64,000 bases of DNA from Azolla caroliniana (taxonomy: Eukaryota; Plantae; Polypodiophyta). Location of the stretch: assembly GCA_043228905.1 (NCBI GenBank), contig JBHGNT010000015.1:9052001-9116000 (forward strand). The letters are read 5' to 3'. The notes under the pieces are model-generated. The model searched no databases. It was not told the DNA's origin and worked only from the letters and a program-made list of their open reading frames with translations. Position 1 is the stretch's first letter. Each line of letters starts with the position of its first letter. Shown piece after piece: positions 50,696 through 63,658 of this stretch. The translations under genes were made by a program, and so were the position numbers.

Positions 50696-53294
50696 AGACA
50701 TATTTGTAAATATGTTTCTGAGAGTCCATCGTGGCTATATTTGTAAATAGCCAAAAAGTCATATTAGTATAAATATGACTTAGGGCAAACTTTAGAGTCG
50801 AGGGTTGTCATTCTTGTTGGTGTAAGATTAGAGCGCAACAATGTACAGAGAGAGAGAGAGAGAGAGAGAAAGAAACGAAGAGGTTGTTACCTCTGTTGTA
50901 ACCGCCGCCTGTGGCGAAGATCGTGAGCACGAGGTCGTTGCCTCCATGAGCTCACTGTTGTAATCTTTGTGATATAGTGATAGTTCACAGTCTATGGGCT
51001 GCCGTGGTTTTTCCCTTGTTTGGGTTTTCCACGTAAACATCCTGTGTTGTCTTCTCTCTATGGTGTCGTGCTTTCATTCTCGTTTTCTGTGTATTATTCT
51101 AGGCTCGGTTGTGGCCGAGCGTTGTGCAAAGGGAGCATGTAGTTCCTGTCAAAGTGGTATCAGAGCGAAACGACACAGAAAATGGACGATACTTTGGGAG
51201 GCATGTTCAAGCTCACCGGCTCCAACTATTTGGTGTGGAAGTTGAAGATGAGGGACATGCTCGTGGTTAAAGATCTTTGGTTGCCGGTTCAGTTTGGGGA
51301 CAAGAGACCGGACAAAATCGACGCCACGATATGGGAGGTGACGCACATGAAGACAACAACGTACATACGGTGCTTCATCGACATGAGCCTATACAACAAC
51401 TTCAATGAAGAGAGCAAGGCTCATGAGCTCTGGGAGAATATTAGCATTATGTTCCAAAACAAAAATGTTGTTAATCAGGTTTCGGTATTCTGGAAGCTAG
51501 TAAGACTCCGGTACCAAGATGGCTCCAGCATGGCGGAGCACATCAATGCATTCCAGGGGCTGATCCACCAAGCAACATCATTAGAAGTACCTCTCGGCGA
51601 TGAGGTACTAGCGCTAATCCTGCTCCGTTCCCTCCCGGATAGCTGGGAGACGTTGGTTGTCACTTTGGGCAACGCCGGGCCGGAAGGAAAACGGTTATCC
51701 CTAGCAAGAGTGAAGTCGAGCTTGCTAGATGAGGAGGCGCGTCGGAAAGATAAGGATACGAGCTCCGACTCGAAAGCGCTCCTTACCGAATCGGAACGTG
51801 GAAGACAAAGGAACCGGAGTTCCTAGAACCGGGAAAAGTCAGGGACGCGGTCAAAGTCAAGGGGGAGGCCTACTTGCTTCAATTGCGGCAAGCCGGGACA
51901 CTTCCAGAAGAACTGTCGGCATTTCCGGAAAGACAAGGAAGCCGACGGTACCGATTCGAAGCGAACACTGGAACGGAACGGTAAAGACCAGAGGGGAATG
52001 GACAGGAAGGGAACGACGGCAATCGCGGCAAGTGAAGAAGAGTTGTTGCTCATCACCGAGGAGAGTGAGCTAAACCTTGCCGGCGACGAGATGACCTGGG
52101 TGGTCAACTCCGGAGCGTCGTTCCACCTTACCCCGAACCGGAAATGCTTCTCATCCTACTCAGCCGGTGATCACGGCTGTGTCCGGATGGGGAATGAAGG
52201 TACATGCCGAATTGTCAGCATAGGAAACGTGTGGCTGACAACACCAACCGGATGCAAGATGCTGTTGAAGGATGTCCGACACGTTCTGGAGGTTCGTCTA
52301 AACCTGATATCAACCGGTCGGCTAGATGATGAAGGCTACACGGGTAGCATCCGGAACGGTGTTATGAAGTTCAACAAAGGGAGCCTAATTGTGGCTTGGG
52401 CCCGGAAAGTAAACACGTTGTACCTGATGAATGCCCAGTTATGTCCGGAGGAAATGACTGTGGCATCCGACACTGCCGGTAAGCTGTGGCACAAGAGGCT
52501 GTGTCACATGAGCGAGAAGGGGATGAAGAGGCTTGCAGAAGACAACCTCATTCCAGTGAAGAACGTGCACTGATTGTCTGGCCGGTAAGCAAAACCAGAC
52601 CTCTTTCCGACCAAGGCCACCGATGAGACGTAATGCACCACTGGAGTTGGTGCATACTGATGTGTGTCAAGTGGACACGAAGTCACATGCAGGATCACAG
52701 TACTTCGTGATGTTCATAGATGACCACAGCCATAAGCTGTGGGCCACACCGTTGAAGACGAAGGATCAGGTGCTATCCGTCTTCAAAGAGCTCCACGCGA
52801 GACTTGAATGAGAAACCGGCCGGAAGCTGAAGGCGGTTCGAGCAGATAACGGAGGTGAATATCGGGGGCAGTTCGAGGAGTACTGTCGCTCGAAAGGAAT
52901 CCGGCTCGAATTTACCGTGCCGAAGACGCCGGAGCTAAACGGGCTGGCCGAGAGGATGAACCGGACCATAATGGAGAGGGTCTGGAGTATGCTGGCGCAT
53001 GCAAAACTACCCAAGAAGTTTTGGGCTGAGGCACTGTTGACGGCGACATATGTGATAAACAGATCACCCTTCGTACCCTTGGACGGAGACACGCCACAGA
53101 GAGTCTGGACCGGTAAGGAAGTGTCCTACCGGCATCTGAAGGTGTTCGGGTGTCTTGCGTACGTGCATGTAGCTAAGGACCGGAGAGGAAAGTTAGATCC
53201 AAAGACTCGGCCATGCATATTCCTCTTTTACGGCAACGATGAGTTCGGCTACCGAGTGTGGGACCTGATCGACAAGAAGGTATTCCGGAGTCGA

Positions 53295-53917
53295 GATATT
53301 ATCTTCATGGAGGACAAGACGCTCGTCGACTGGGAGTCGGAGAAGAAGATAATGAGCTCCGAGTCGATCGGTAAGGATCGATTCTACGATGAGCAGTCCC
53401 AACCGGCAAGAGACCGGTTAGCACTCGAGGAACCGGCCGGTTACGGTGAGGATACCGAACCGGCAGAAGAAGAAGTAGAGGAAACTGAAACCGGAACCGG
53501 CCAAGACCCCGAATTGGATTCGGATGAAGAGCAAATGGATGAGCCGGTTACCAAAGCCCAAAGACGGAGGTATCCTCTCAGAGAGAGAAGCCCCCCCCCC
53601 CCCCCCCCCCCCCCCTTGATATTATCTTCATGGAGGACAAGACGCTCGTCGACTGGGAGTCAGAGAAGAAGATAATGAGCTCCGAGTCGATCGGTAAGGA
53701 TCGATTCTACGATGAGCAGTCCCAACCGGCAAGAGACCGGTTAGCACTCGAGGAACCGGCCGGTTACGGTGAGGATACCGAACCGGCAGAAGAAGAAGTA
53801 GAGGAAACTGAAACCGGAACCGGCCAAGACCCCGAATTGGATTCGGATGAAGAGCAAATGGATGAGCCGGTTACCAAAGCCCAAAGACGGAGGTATCCTC
53901 TCAGAGAGAGAAGCCCC
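53295..53917 (+). repeat. 300-bp tandem duplication separated by a poly-C tract
   Basis: 53295-53594 equals 53618-53917 (1 mismatch seen); C25 at 53591-53615. Confidence 0.95.
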
Positions 53918-56900
53918 ACCGGATGCAGAGCATGTGCTGCTAACCGATGAGGGGGAGCCAGAAAGCTTCGTAGAGGCGAAGGATGACACCCACAGCCGCA
54001 AATGGTTAAGTGCCATGCAGGATGAGATGGATTCCCTGCATGAGAACCATATGTATGAATTGGTGGAGTTGCCGAGAGGAAAGCAGGCACTCCGAAATAA
54101 GTGGGTGTACAAGTTGAAACCGGGAGATGCCGGCAACCCCTCGAGATACAAAGCTAGGATCGTGGTGAAGGGGTTCCAGTAGAAGAAGGGCGTGGACTTC
54201 GACAAGATATTTGCCCCGATAGTAAAGATAACCTCCATCCGGATGGTGCTGAGTATAGCGGCAAGCATGGACCTCGAGGTAGAGTAGCTGGACGTGAAGA
54301 CGACATTCCTTCATGGTGACCTTGAAGAGGAGATCTACATGTAGCAACCGGAAGGATTCATGGAGAAAGGGAAGGAGCACCTGGTATGCCGGTTGAAGAA
54401 GAGCCTGTACGGACTGAAGCAGGCTCCTCAACAATGGTACCAGAAGTTCGACTCCTTCATGACCGATCAAGGGTACCACAAGACGCAGGCCGATCACTTC
54501 GTGTTTGTGAAGAAGTTCGAAGGAGGCGACTTCCTGATACTCCTTCTGTACGTGGACGACATGTTGATCGTCGGACGGGACCAAGTCAAAATACGGATGC
54601 TGAAGAAGGCTCTCAACCGGACCTTCTCAATGAAAGACTTGGGTCTAGCAAGACAGATGCTGGGGATGCATATCATCCGGAACCGGCCATCGAAGCAATT
54701 GTGGCTGTCACAGGAGAAGTACGTGACAAAGGTGCTTCAGCGGTTCAACATATTGGAAGCGAAACCGGTCGGATCGACACTCCCGGCAAACTGCAGATTA
54801 TCCAGTAAGCAAAGCCCGAAGACGAAAGTAGAGAAGGCTGATATGATGAAGGTTCCATATGCCTCTGCCGTCGGGAGCTTAATGTACGCAATGGTGTGTA
54901 CTCGACCAGATATAGGATACGCAGTCGGAGTGGTGAGCCGGTTCATGAGCAATCCCGACAAGGAGCACAGGAACGTGGTCAAGTGGATACTCCAGCACTT
55001 GAAGGGCACTTCGAACATTTGTCTTCGATTCGGCTCCGGTAGACCTCAACTTGACGGTTTTACCGATTTAGACATGTCGGCTGATGTGGATACCAACCGG
55101 TGTACATCCGGGTATTGTTACCGGCCGGCAAAGGAGTCCAGAGTGTGAAACGGGGAGTTATTTAATTAGTAGGAATGGTTGTAAGTAAGCTATGAGTGTG
55201 GACGGACGGACGGACCGGAATCGGTATGCCGTTCCGGATCCGGACCGATCCTGAACAGGTGCGGATGGCACCGTTTTGTAATACAGACCGGAAACCTATT
55301 TAAAGGCCCGGATACAATGTAATGAACAACGGTTAATTAATAAAGCTTAGTGTTGTTATCTCTCTGTGTTAATTGCCGTTCTACATTCATTTTTATATCT
55401 TACGCGTGTGATTATTAAAGACGATCATGCTAAGTAACCTAATTAAGTCGGATTAATCGTCGAGTCTAATCCTGTTGCCGTAACACCCCTTTGGTGAAGT
55501 GTCTTCCGTAGACACCCTGTGTTAGGCCATTGTCCCTAAGAGTTAACACAGTTTTTGGCGACCACGATCCCTGTTTTTGTAGCGAACGACGGCACGGATG
55601 GATGACTAGATCAACGCACGACCTGGTTACAGATCGAACTCGACGCCTTGCCGAAAGGCAAAGAAGACGTGAGGCTTTCCAGCAAGCGGTGCAGGAAATT
55701 AGAGCGGATAGCTCGTTTTTCAACGTAATCCGGAGAGTAGCGGAGGACTCCCTCTGGTTACAGCAAACATCGCACCGGGACGACGGCAACAGCCTAAGTA
55801 GACTCCGGGAAACCGAATCCCTTCTCCAGGCGTTGGCAAACGGAGAAGGCGAAGCAGAAGCCTTTTCAGCGTATGAATCAGACTCTGAAGGGGAATACAA
55901 CGTGCACACGAACTACCGTAGCAGCAACGAAACCCCGGGCGGACCGGAGGACGAAGGATCGGATACCCTACCGACACCGCAACCGGAAGTGCTAAGGCTG
56001 GAACCTCCGGAACCAGCAGAGGAAGAGTGACCTCCGACACCGGAAGTCGAAGAGGAGAGGCCTCCGTCACCAAAAGAAGAGGAAAGACCACCGACGCCGG
56101 AAACAAATCAGGAAAGACCACCGACGCCGGAGAAAATCCCGGAACGAGCATCAACACTACCAGCCTGCGCCCCGATACCGGATGACGACATGTCGTTCCA
56201 GTACTCCAAGTATAGAGATGATCCGGACGCGGAAGCTCATGTGCACACCTTTGAACAAACATGGGAAGCCAACCATGTGTCCCAGCGATTGACCCCGGAA
56301 GAAGAGGAATGCTCTAAGATAACGGAATTTGACTTCACATTGGAGGGACCGGTAGCAAGATGGCGCCGGACGCAGGACCCGTCTACCATCACCACCTTTG
56401 CAGATTTAAAAGCTAAATTCTTGCATTTTTTCCAAAAGGAGGTGGACCAGACCGTAATGGTGGGCTTATTTTATACCATCCGACAGGAGGCAGGGGAGAG
56501 CATTCCCCAGTTTGTCATCCGGTTTCAACGGATGCATAGTCAGCTTGCCCGCGCACCCCCGGAGGAGGAATTACGAACTATATTCCTAAATGCACTCCAG
56601 GAACCCCTACGCACGGTTTGCATGGTAATTGACTTCCACACAAGTACCATCAACCAGGTCATTGACCGGGTGCGAGAGATGGAAAAGACAAGCTCCTGGC
56701 TCACACTGGGAGCACTCCAACGGGCGTTACCGTCCGATGAAGACCTCCGGTTTCGGCAAGCAATACAGTGCACAACCTGCTTGAATTCCAGACACTTGGC
56801 ACTAGAATGCACTATGAGGACACAATGTGTAATCTGTCAATCCAAGGGCCATACGACGGATAGGTGCGAGTATAATCTATTGAACCGGCAAGCACCGCTC

Positions 56901-58200
56901 GTCCGACAAATAGAGCCACGCAGTAGCCGAGATGAAGAAGAGGAATGCTGGCGGCGAATGGACCGCGACCGACCGACACAGGATGTCCGGTATGGCGATC
57001 GACGGGAGAATGATGTCCGGTATGGTCATCGGCGGGATAACTATGACCGGCATGATAGATATGATCGGTACCAGGATTACAATAGACGATACAAACATTA
57101 CGACCGGGAGCACTCCCCCGGGTATCGTTAGCAACGGGAGGAATACGGTAGATATAACGAGCAACCTCGTCAAGAGTACCGCAATAAGAAGAGCTATAAC
57201 AAAAAACGACATTTCAGAAAAGGCGGCTACCCACGGGATCCGGAACAAGGAGCTTCAAGCAGCCAACCGGCCCAAAACCCCGCGCGTACCACAGGACCTG
57301 CCTCGGGTAAAACAGACAATGCCGAATCCAGCAATACCCGGAAAGCCTACTGCTACTACTGCCGACAGGAAGGCCATTATAGTAATCAATGCCCGGTGAA
57401 GAGCTATGAAAAACGACCGGCGGTAAATATGGTAGTCCCTGAGGTGGCAAATCTGCAGCAGGTGACCACAAGGTCGAAGGGCATGGCCAAGGAATGGGAG
57501 ACGCAGGAGACCATCCGGAAGCAAGCAACGGAATGGGTGAAGAAAGCAAACGAGCAGAATGTCACAGACTTACAACAACAAAAGGAGAACACCGTAGGGC
57601 TTGCCAGCGGCAGTCACTCCGAGAACGAGACATGGCAGGCATTTCAAGAATGCCAGATTACGCTGCCACTAGGAAGACTCCTACAACATGTGCCAAGATT
57701 CACGGAAGGACTGAAGACGAACATGATGGCAGGAGAATCATCACCGGCACCGGTACTCTTCTCGAATCCGGAGGAGGGACCAACGGTGGTGGAAACCAAC
57801 AGTCCGGTAATCACTGCCATTGTAAAAGGGAAAGAACTCCCCGACACAGTTACAGACGGAGGCTCCGGGGTGAATGTAATAAGCCTCCGGGCATGTGATG
57901 CCCTAGGAATCCACGAGTGGGAGCTGTGTCCGTTCTGGTTACGGATGGCCGATACAAGCTCAGTGCGGCCGACAGGATTAATACGGAAATTAGAAGTCAT
58001 CGTGGGCAGTCATACATTTCACATCTCGACAGTAGTGCTACAATTATAGGCACAAGGCGCATACCCACTATTGCTGGGGCGGCCGTGGTTGAAAACGGCA
58101 CATATCAAACAGAATTGGAGGAAAAATATAATTACCTTCCGGCGAGGAAAAGCCAAGGTACGGGTACCAACACAGCCAAGGATGAGCACTGGCAAGGAAT

Positions 58201-58833
58201 TGTTAGATATAATCAATGATCAGCCCCAAGTTGTAAATCTATCCCCATATGTGCTCTTAGAGTGCACATTTTGTGATAGCGCCCCAAATGAGGAGCGGCT
58301 AGTGTGCAACTCGACCATATGGGTCGATAAGGTGTTAATCTAGGAAACCGTAGATACGTAGGACACAATATATTTAGGAAAGAGAGAAATAGATAAAAGG
58401 ATTGGCTAATCAAGTCAGCTAGAATATTTTGTGGGCAAGTTACGATGTACTTAGTCTTGAAGTATGCGTCATTGACTTCAAGATAAGTATTATCTAGCAC
58501 TAGCCTGTACCTAGGGAGTTGGGTCATATTAAATGACAAGTCAGTTGACAGAAAAGGAATATCTCCACTACTGTCAACTGACTTGCACATTTATACTAAG
58601 ACCAAACATAGATTATAAGTCACTTTTCTCACACAGTGGTCAGATGGATCATCAGTCCCCACTAATTTTGTAGTGAGCCGGTCCATATCCTATCTAAGCT
58701 CTAAGGTGTGAGCGCATGGGAAAACTACCATTTTGAACTACTCTCATATGTAATAGAAATTCTGTTTTCATATATCCATCTCTGCAGTTGTAACTCTATA
58801 TACCTATCTACTCGATTCTCAATATTTCTAATA
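58201..58833 (+). repeat. 5' LTR of Copia I
   Basis: Identical to 63026-63658 by eye. Confidence 0.97.
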
Positions 58834-58936
58834 TGGTATCAGAGCGAAGAGGTTGATCTAGATTAGGTATATACGGGTAGTTGCTGTCTAGCAACAGAGA
58901 GAAATAGAGAGAGAGAGACAGAGAGACAGAGTATCA

Positions 58937-61900
58937 ATGGCCTTGTCCACGAATGTTGCAGCTGCTCCATTGCGCATCCGCCCACCTCCATTGTCTGATG
59001 GAAAGCTAGATGGAACCAACTACACTCTATGGAAGTTCAAAATGTCTGCCATTTTGGATTCCTACGAGTTGTTGGAAACAATCATGGGACCCACAGGGGG
59101 AGACCCTGAGCCCATGGCAACCTTTGACCCTGCACACCCTACCACATCAATTCCTCCAAATGCTGATCTACTTCGAGCCTGGAAGAGAAGGAATGCTGAT
59201 GCGCTATGTACCATAGTCACTGGTGTATGTGACTCCGTACTAACACTAGTGCAACATACAACTAGGGCACATGAAGCTTGGAGCATATTGGCCAGCCAGT
59301 ATGAGACCAGAAACTATACAAGGATACAAAACCTCGAAAATCAGCTTGCTGCAGAGAAGCTCGCTGATGGAGAGAAAGTAGAATCCTTTGTAAAAAGGAT
59401 TAAGGATCTTCAAGATCAGCTGGCGGCTGTTGGAGTAGTCGTCTCTCAAGAGGATATGGCTCGTCGGTGCATTCGAGTACTTCCTTTCAAGTATGATGGC
59501 ATTGTGACAGCATTGAACACTCAGGTTCGACCCACTCTTTTAAAATTTGATGAACTAAGTGCAATGCTGCTTGAAGAGGAGCTTCGGCTGAAGACAAGAG
59601 AAGAAAGGGAAGATTCAGCATTTGTCTCTAGGACTAAGGGTGAAGGGGCATCCAATTCAAACAATGCGAATAGGATACCGAAGAAGAAGAAGTTCAATGG
59701 ATCGTGTTTCTACTGTGACAAGAAGGGTCACACAATCAAGGATTGTCGAAAGAAGATGGCGGATGAGAAGAATGGTTCTAATAAGACTTCTTGGAGAGAG
59801 CCCGAGTCCGCTAACAATGTCGTAGATGAACTTGAGTTATGGGTCGCAACTGAAGAAGTGTGTTCTTCAGTTGACACTCAAGTTGTTGATGAGTCTTGGA
59901 TTCTCGATAGTGGAGCATCCCGACATATGACCAGTAATCGTGACTGGTACAGTTCTTGGACACCTCTACAAGAGCCCATCAATGTTGTGGTCGGGAACAA
60001 TGCTCGATGTCCGGCCAAAGGAACCGGAACCGTCTCCCTCAAAGCAACGACCGGTGGGACAAAGCATCTCTCTCAAGTGTTGTACGTGCCAGATCTGAAG
60101 AAGAATCTACTGTCCATTTCTGCACTGACTGACAAGGGTCTTGATGTTCGATTCAAGAAGTCGGGTGCAGAAATAACAGATTCTGCTGGCAAGGTTGTAG
60201 GAATAGGGGTGAGGCGCAACAATCTCTATGAGCTGAGCGCGTTTACCATTTCTACTGACCACAGCACAAGTACCAACACAAAGCAATGGCATGAGAGATT
60301 TGGGCATCTCAACGTTGCTGTGTTGAAGGAGATGAAGAAGTCGAATATGGTAGTTGGGTTGCCAACCCTATCTGACTTAAGTCATGTTTGTGATGCTTGT
60401 ATGATGGGCAAGCATCAAAGATCAGCCATTCCAAAAGAGAGTCAAAATCGGGCAAAGACTCCTCTACAGCTAATACACATTGACCTCTCTGGAAAAATGG
60501 TGACTCCTGCAATGGGTGGATCTCTCTACTATATGCTAATAGTCGACGACTTCAGCAGAAAGATGTGGGTTTACTTCCTTCGGGAGAAGGCTGAAGCTTT
60601 TAAAATCTTCAAAAGATGGCATAAGTTTGTCGAGCGAGAGTCTGGAAAGTTAGTGAAGGAGCTACGCTCTGATCGAGGTGGAGAATTCTTATCAATAGAA
60701 TTCTGTGAGTATTGCAAAGAGCATGGAATTAAGCGCCAACTTACAACTGCCTACACCCCACAACAAAATGGCGTTGTCGAACGTCGAAATCGAACAGTTG
60801 TCGAGATGGCTAGGTGTATGTTGAAGGCACAAGCGCTGCCCGACCCATTCTGGGCTGAAGCAGTGAACACAGCAGTTTACATCCTCAATCGGAGCTACAC
60901 GAAGGCACTTCAAGGGAAAACACCCCAAGAAGCTTATTCAGGCAAGAAACCTTCAGTGCTGCACTTCAGAACCTTTGGGTGTATGTGCTACGCACATATT
61001 CCAGATGTGAGCAGAAAGAAGTTGGATGCTAAAAGCAAAAAGTGTATCTTTCTCGGATATAGTGAAGAGTCAAAGGCCTATCGACTCTACGATCCAGAGG
61101 CAAGAAAGATATTGACAAGCCGCGATGTGGTGTTCGATGAGGAACAACCACAGCTAGCTGAGAACAACGATTCTCAAGTTATCTCATCAACTGAAGAAGT
61201 ATTTTACCCAATCCCGACCCATTATCCAAAAAAGGAAGCTGAACCATCTGATGGTAATGGTTCACTAGTTCAGCCTATGCCAGTCCCACATGTAAAGAAA
61301 ATACCTAAGTGGGCTCAACAACTCTTCAATGATCATACTCCTAAAGTTGAGTTTCCTGAAACTTCAACTGATGGATTACGAAGATCAAGAAGAATACAGG
61401 AGCAAGGAAGAACCTCTGACCACATTGTCAACATGGCTCTGATGGTGGACATCATAGGCTCAGTGAGTGAGCCGACCTCGGTGGAGGAAGCTATGGCCGA
61501 CCCGAAGTGGAAAGAGGCGATGATATCAGAATATGATAGCATCATGAAAAATGACACATGGGAGTTGGTAGAGAGGCCAACAAAGAAGAAGGTGATAGGC
61601 ACGAAGTGGGTATGGAAAGTAAAGTATAAAGCTGATGGCTCTTTGGAGAAATTCAAGGCCAGGCTAGTAGCGCAAGGATACTCCCAAATTGAAGGGTTCG
61701 ATGTACAAGAAACATTTGCCCCGACAGCTCGCATGACAACAATTCGAATGGTCATAGCGTTGGCTGCTTCAAGAGGATGGCCGATTTATCAAATGGATGT
61801 CAAATCAGCATTTCTGAATGGGCATCTCAAGGAGGAGGTATATGTGACACAACCACCGGGGTTTGAGATACCGAATTCAGAAAACAAAGTTTGCAAGCTG

Positions 61901-63031
61901 AAGAAGGCACTATATGGTCTAAAGCAAGCACCAAGAGCTTGGAACAAGAGGATAGACAGCTTCTTACGATCAATCGACTTTAAGCAATGTGCTTCGGATG
62001 CAAGTATGTATGTCAAAATGAAGGACGGGAAACAAGTCATCATTATCATTTACGTGGATGATCTAGTACTTACTGGTGACCATGAAGAGTGCATTGGCCA
62101 AACACAAGAGTGTTTGAAAACTGAGTTTGAAATGACAGACTTGGGGATTCTACACTACTTCCTTGGAATTGAGGTTTGGCAAACCTCGGTCGGCATCTTC
62201 ATGTCACAAAGAAAGTATGCAACAGAGATCTTGAAGACCTTCGGGATGATGGACAGCAAGTCGAAGTCGACTCCAATGGAGTCAAACTGCAAGCTATCCC
62301 AAGAAGACTCATCACCAATGGTTGACATAAGGAAGTATAGACAACTAGTAGGAAGTCTAATTTTCCTATGCAACACTAGGCCGGATATTTGTTTTGCAGT
62401 CAATGTGGTGAGTCGATTCAGCAACAAGCCGAAGGAGACTCATTGGAAAGCTGCTCTACGTGTATTAAAGTACATTGTGGGTACTTTAAATTATGGAATC
62501 TTCTACAAGCCAACAATTGACCAACTTAGTGGATATTGCGACTCCGATTGGGCTGGAGATAGTGATTCCAGAAAATCAGTTTCTGGATATTGTTTTTCAA
62601 TAGGATCTGGAGCTGTTTCATGGAGTAGTAAAAAACAACCAACAGTGGCACTATCTTCAACGGAGGCAGAATACAAAGCAGCATGCATAGCGGCATGCGA
62701 GGTAGTTTGGCTAAGAAGAATCCTTATGGATGTGGCAGTCCCAATAAGGACGGCAACGGTATTGAGGTGTGACAATCAGAGTTGCATGGCCATTGCCAAG
62801 AACCCCGTATTTCATGCACGTACTAAACACATAGAGATTCAGTATCACTATGTGCGGGAGCTAATAAATGATGAGATTGTGGAGCTTGAGTACTGTCCAA
62901 CATCAGAAAATGCTGCAGATATCTTCACAAAGGCGCTTGGAGCAGAACAGTTGCAACAACACCTTCGACGACTAGGTGTTGGCCCAATTCCAAGTGAACT
63001 CAATGGGTTGATCATTGAGGGGGCGTGTTAG
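58937..63031 (+). CDS. gag-pol: Copia gag-pol polyprotein (gag, CCHC, PR, IN, RT, RNaseH), 1364 aa, uninterrupted
   Basis: [79 protein letters not shown]. Confidence 0.97.
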   Translation: MALSTNVAAAPLRIRPPPLSDGKLDGTNYTLWKFKMSAILDSYELLETIMGPTGGDPEPMATFDPAHPTTSIPPNADLLRAWKRRNADALCTIVTGVCDSVLTLVQHTTRAHEAWSILASQYETRNYTRIQNLENQLAAEKLADGEKVESFVKRIKDLQDQLAAVGVVVSQEDMARRCIRVLPFKYDGIVTALNTQVRPTLLKFDELSAMLLEEELRLKTREEREDSAFVSRTKGEGASNSNNANRIPKKKKFNGSCFYCDKKGHTIKDCRKKMADEKNGSNKTSWREPESANNVVDELELWVATEEVCSSVDTQVVDESWILDSGASRHMTSNRDWYSSWTPLQEPINVVVGNNARCPAKGTGTVSLKATTGGTKHLSQVLYVPDLKKNLLSISALTDKGLDVRFKKSGAEITDSAGKVVGIGVRRNNLYELSAFTISTDHSTSTNTKQWHERFGHLNVAVLKEMKKSNMVVGLPTLSDLSHVCDACMMGKHQRSAIPKESQNRAKTPLQLIHIDLSGKMVTPAMGGSLYYMLIVDDFSRKMWVYFLREKAEAFKIFKRWHKFVERESGKLVKELRSDRGGEFLSIEFCEYCKEHGIKRQLTTAYTPQQNGVVERRNRTVVEMARCMLKAQALPDPFWAEAVNTAVYILNRSYTKALQGKTPQEAYSGKKPSVLHFRTFGCMCYAHIPDVSRKKLDAKSKKCIFLGYSEESKAYRLYDPEARKILTSRDVVFDEEQPQLAENNDSQVISSTEEVFYPIPTHYPKKEAEPSDGNGSLVQPMPVPHVKKIPKWAQQLFNDHTPKVEFPETSTDGLRRSRRIQEQGRTSDHIVNMALMVDIIGSVSEPTSVEEAMADPKWKEAMISEYDSIMKNDTWELVERPTKKKVIGTKWVWKVKYKADGSLEKFKARLVAQGYSQIEGFDVQETFAPTARMTTIRMVIALAASRGWPIYQMDVKSAFLNGHLKEEVYVTQPPGFEIPNSENKVCKLKKALYGLKQAPRAWNKRIDSFLRSIDFKQCASDASMYVKMKDGKQVIIIIYVDDLVLTGDHEECIGQTQECLKTEFEMTDLGILHYFLGIEVWQTSVGIFMSQRKYATEILKTFGMMDSKSKSTPMESNCKLSQEDSSPMVDIRKYRQLVGSLIFLCNTRPDICFAVNVVSRFSNKPKETHWKAALRVLKYIVGTLNYGIFYKPTIDQLSGYCDSDWAGDSDSRKSVSGYCFSIGSGAVSWSSKKQPTVALSSTEAEYKAACIAACEVVWLRRILMDVAVPIRTATVLRCDNQSCMAIAKNPVFHARTKHIEIQYHYVRELINDEIVELEYCPTSENAADIFTKALGAEQLQQHLRRLGVGPIPSELNGLIIEGAC

Positions 63032-63658
63032 ATATAATCAATGATCAGCCCCAAGTTGTAAATCTATCCCCATATGTGCTCTTAGAGTGCACATTTTGTG
63101 ATAGCGCCCCAAATGAGGAGCGGCTAGTGTGCAACTCGACCATATGGGTCGATAAGGTGTTAATCTAGGAAACCGTAGATACGTAGGACACAATATATTT
63201 AGGAAAGAGAGAAATAGATAAAAGGATTGGCTAATCAAGTCAGCTAGAATATTTTGTGGGCAAGTTACGATGTACTTAGTCTTGAAGTATGCGTCATTGA
63301 CTTCAAGATAAGTATTATCTAGCACTAGCCTGTACCTAGGGAGTTGGGTCATATTAAATGACAAGTCAGTTGACAGAAAAGGAATATCTCCACTACTGTC
63401 AACTGACTTGCACATTTATACTAAGACCAAACATAGATTATAAGTCACTTTTCTCACACAGTGGTCAGATGGATCATCAGTCCCCACTAATTTTGTAGTG
63501 AGCCGGTCCATATCCTATCTAAGCTCTAAGGTGTGAGCGCATGGGAAAACTACCATTTTGAACTACTCTCATATGTAATAGAAATTCTGTTTTCATATAT
63601 CCATCTCTGCAGTTGTAACTCTATATACCTATCTACTCGATTCTCAATATTTCTAATA
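63026..63658 (+). repeat. 3' LTR of Copia I
   Basis: After PPT, before TSD. Confidence 0.97.

Larger units (their letters stand above)
50393..55115 (+). mobile_element. Copia element G (Tnt1/Tork-like): 5' LTR 50393-51151, PBS 51155-51166, decayed gag-pol from 51182, interrupted by Gypsy H
   Basis: TGTTAGGAA...TTCCTGTCA; TGGTATCAGAGC; FIDDHS, PKTPELNGLAERMNRT, LYVDD. Confidence 0.93.
58201..63658 (+). mobile_element. Intact Ty1/Copia element I
   Basis: LTRs 58201-58833 and 63026-63658 (633 bp, no difference seen); TSD GGAAT at 58196-58200 and 63659-63663; PBS 58834-58845; PPT TTGAGGGGGCG 63015-63025. Confidence 0.99.

Noticed and set aside
50307-50762. 151-aa repetitive minus-strand ORF
   Set aside because: Artefact of the 54-bp tandem repeat in LTR G
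58213-58590. 125-aa antisense ORF repeated at 63038-63415
   Set aside because: Repeated only because the LTRs are identical; no recognisable domain
58610-58665. Hammerhead ribozyme on the minus strand of the Copia I LTR (CTGATGA...GAAA)
   Set aside because: Stem II and stem I cannot be paired convincingly
59010-62775. Alternative-frame and antisense ORFs overlapping gag-pol
   Set aside because: Shadow ORFs with no motifs; the same applies to most short ORFs in the track
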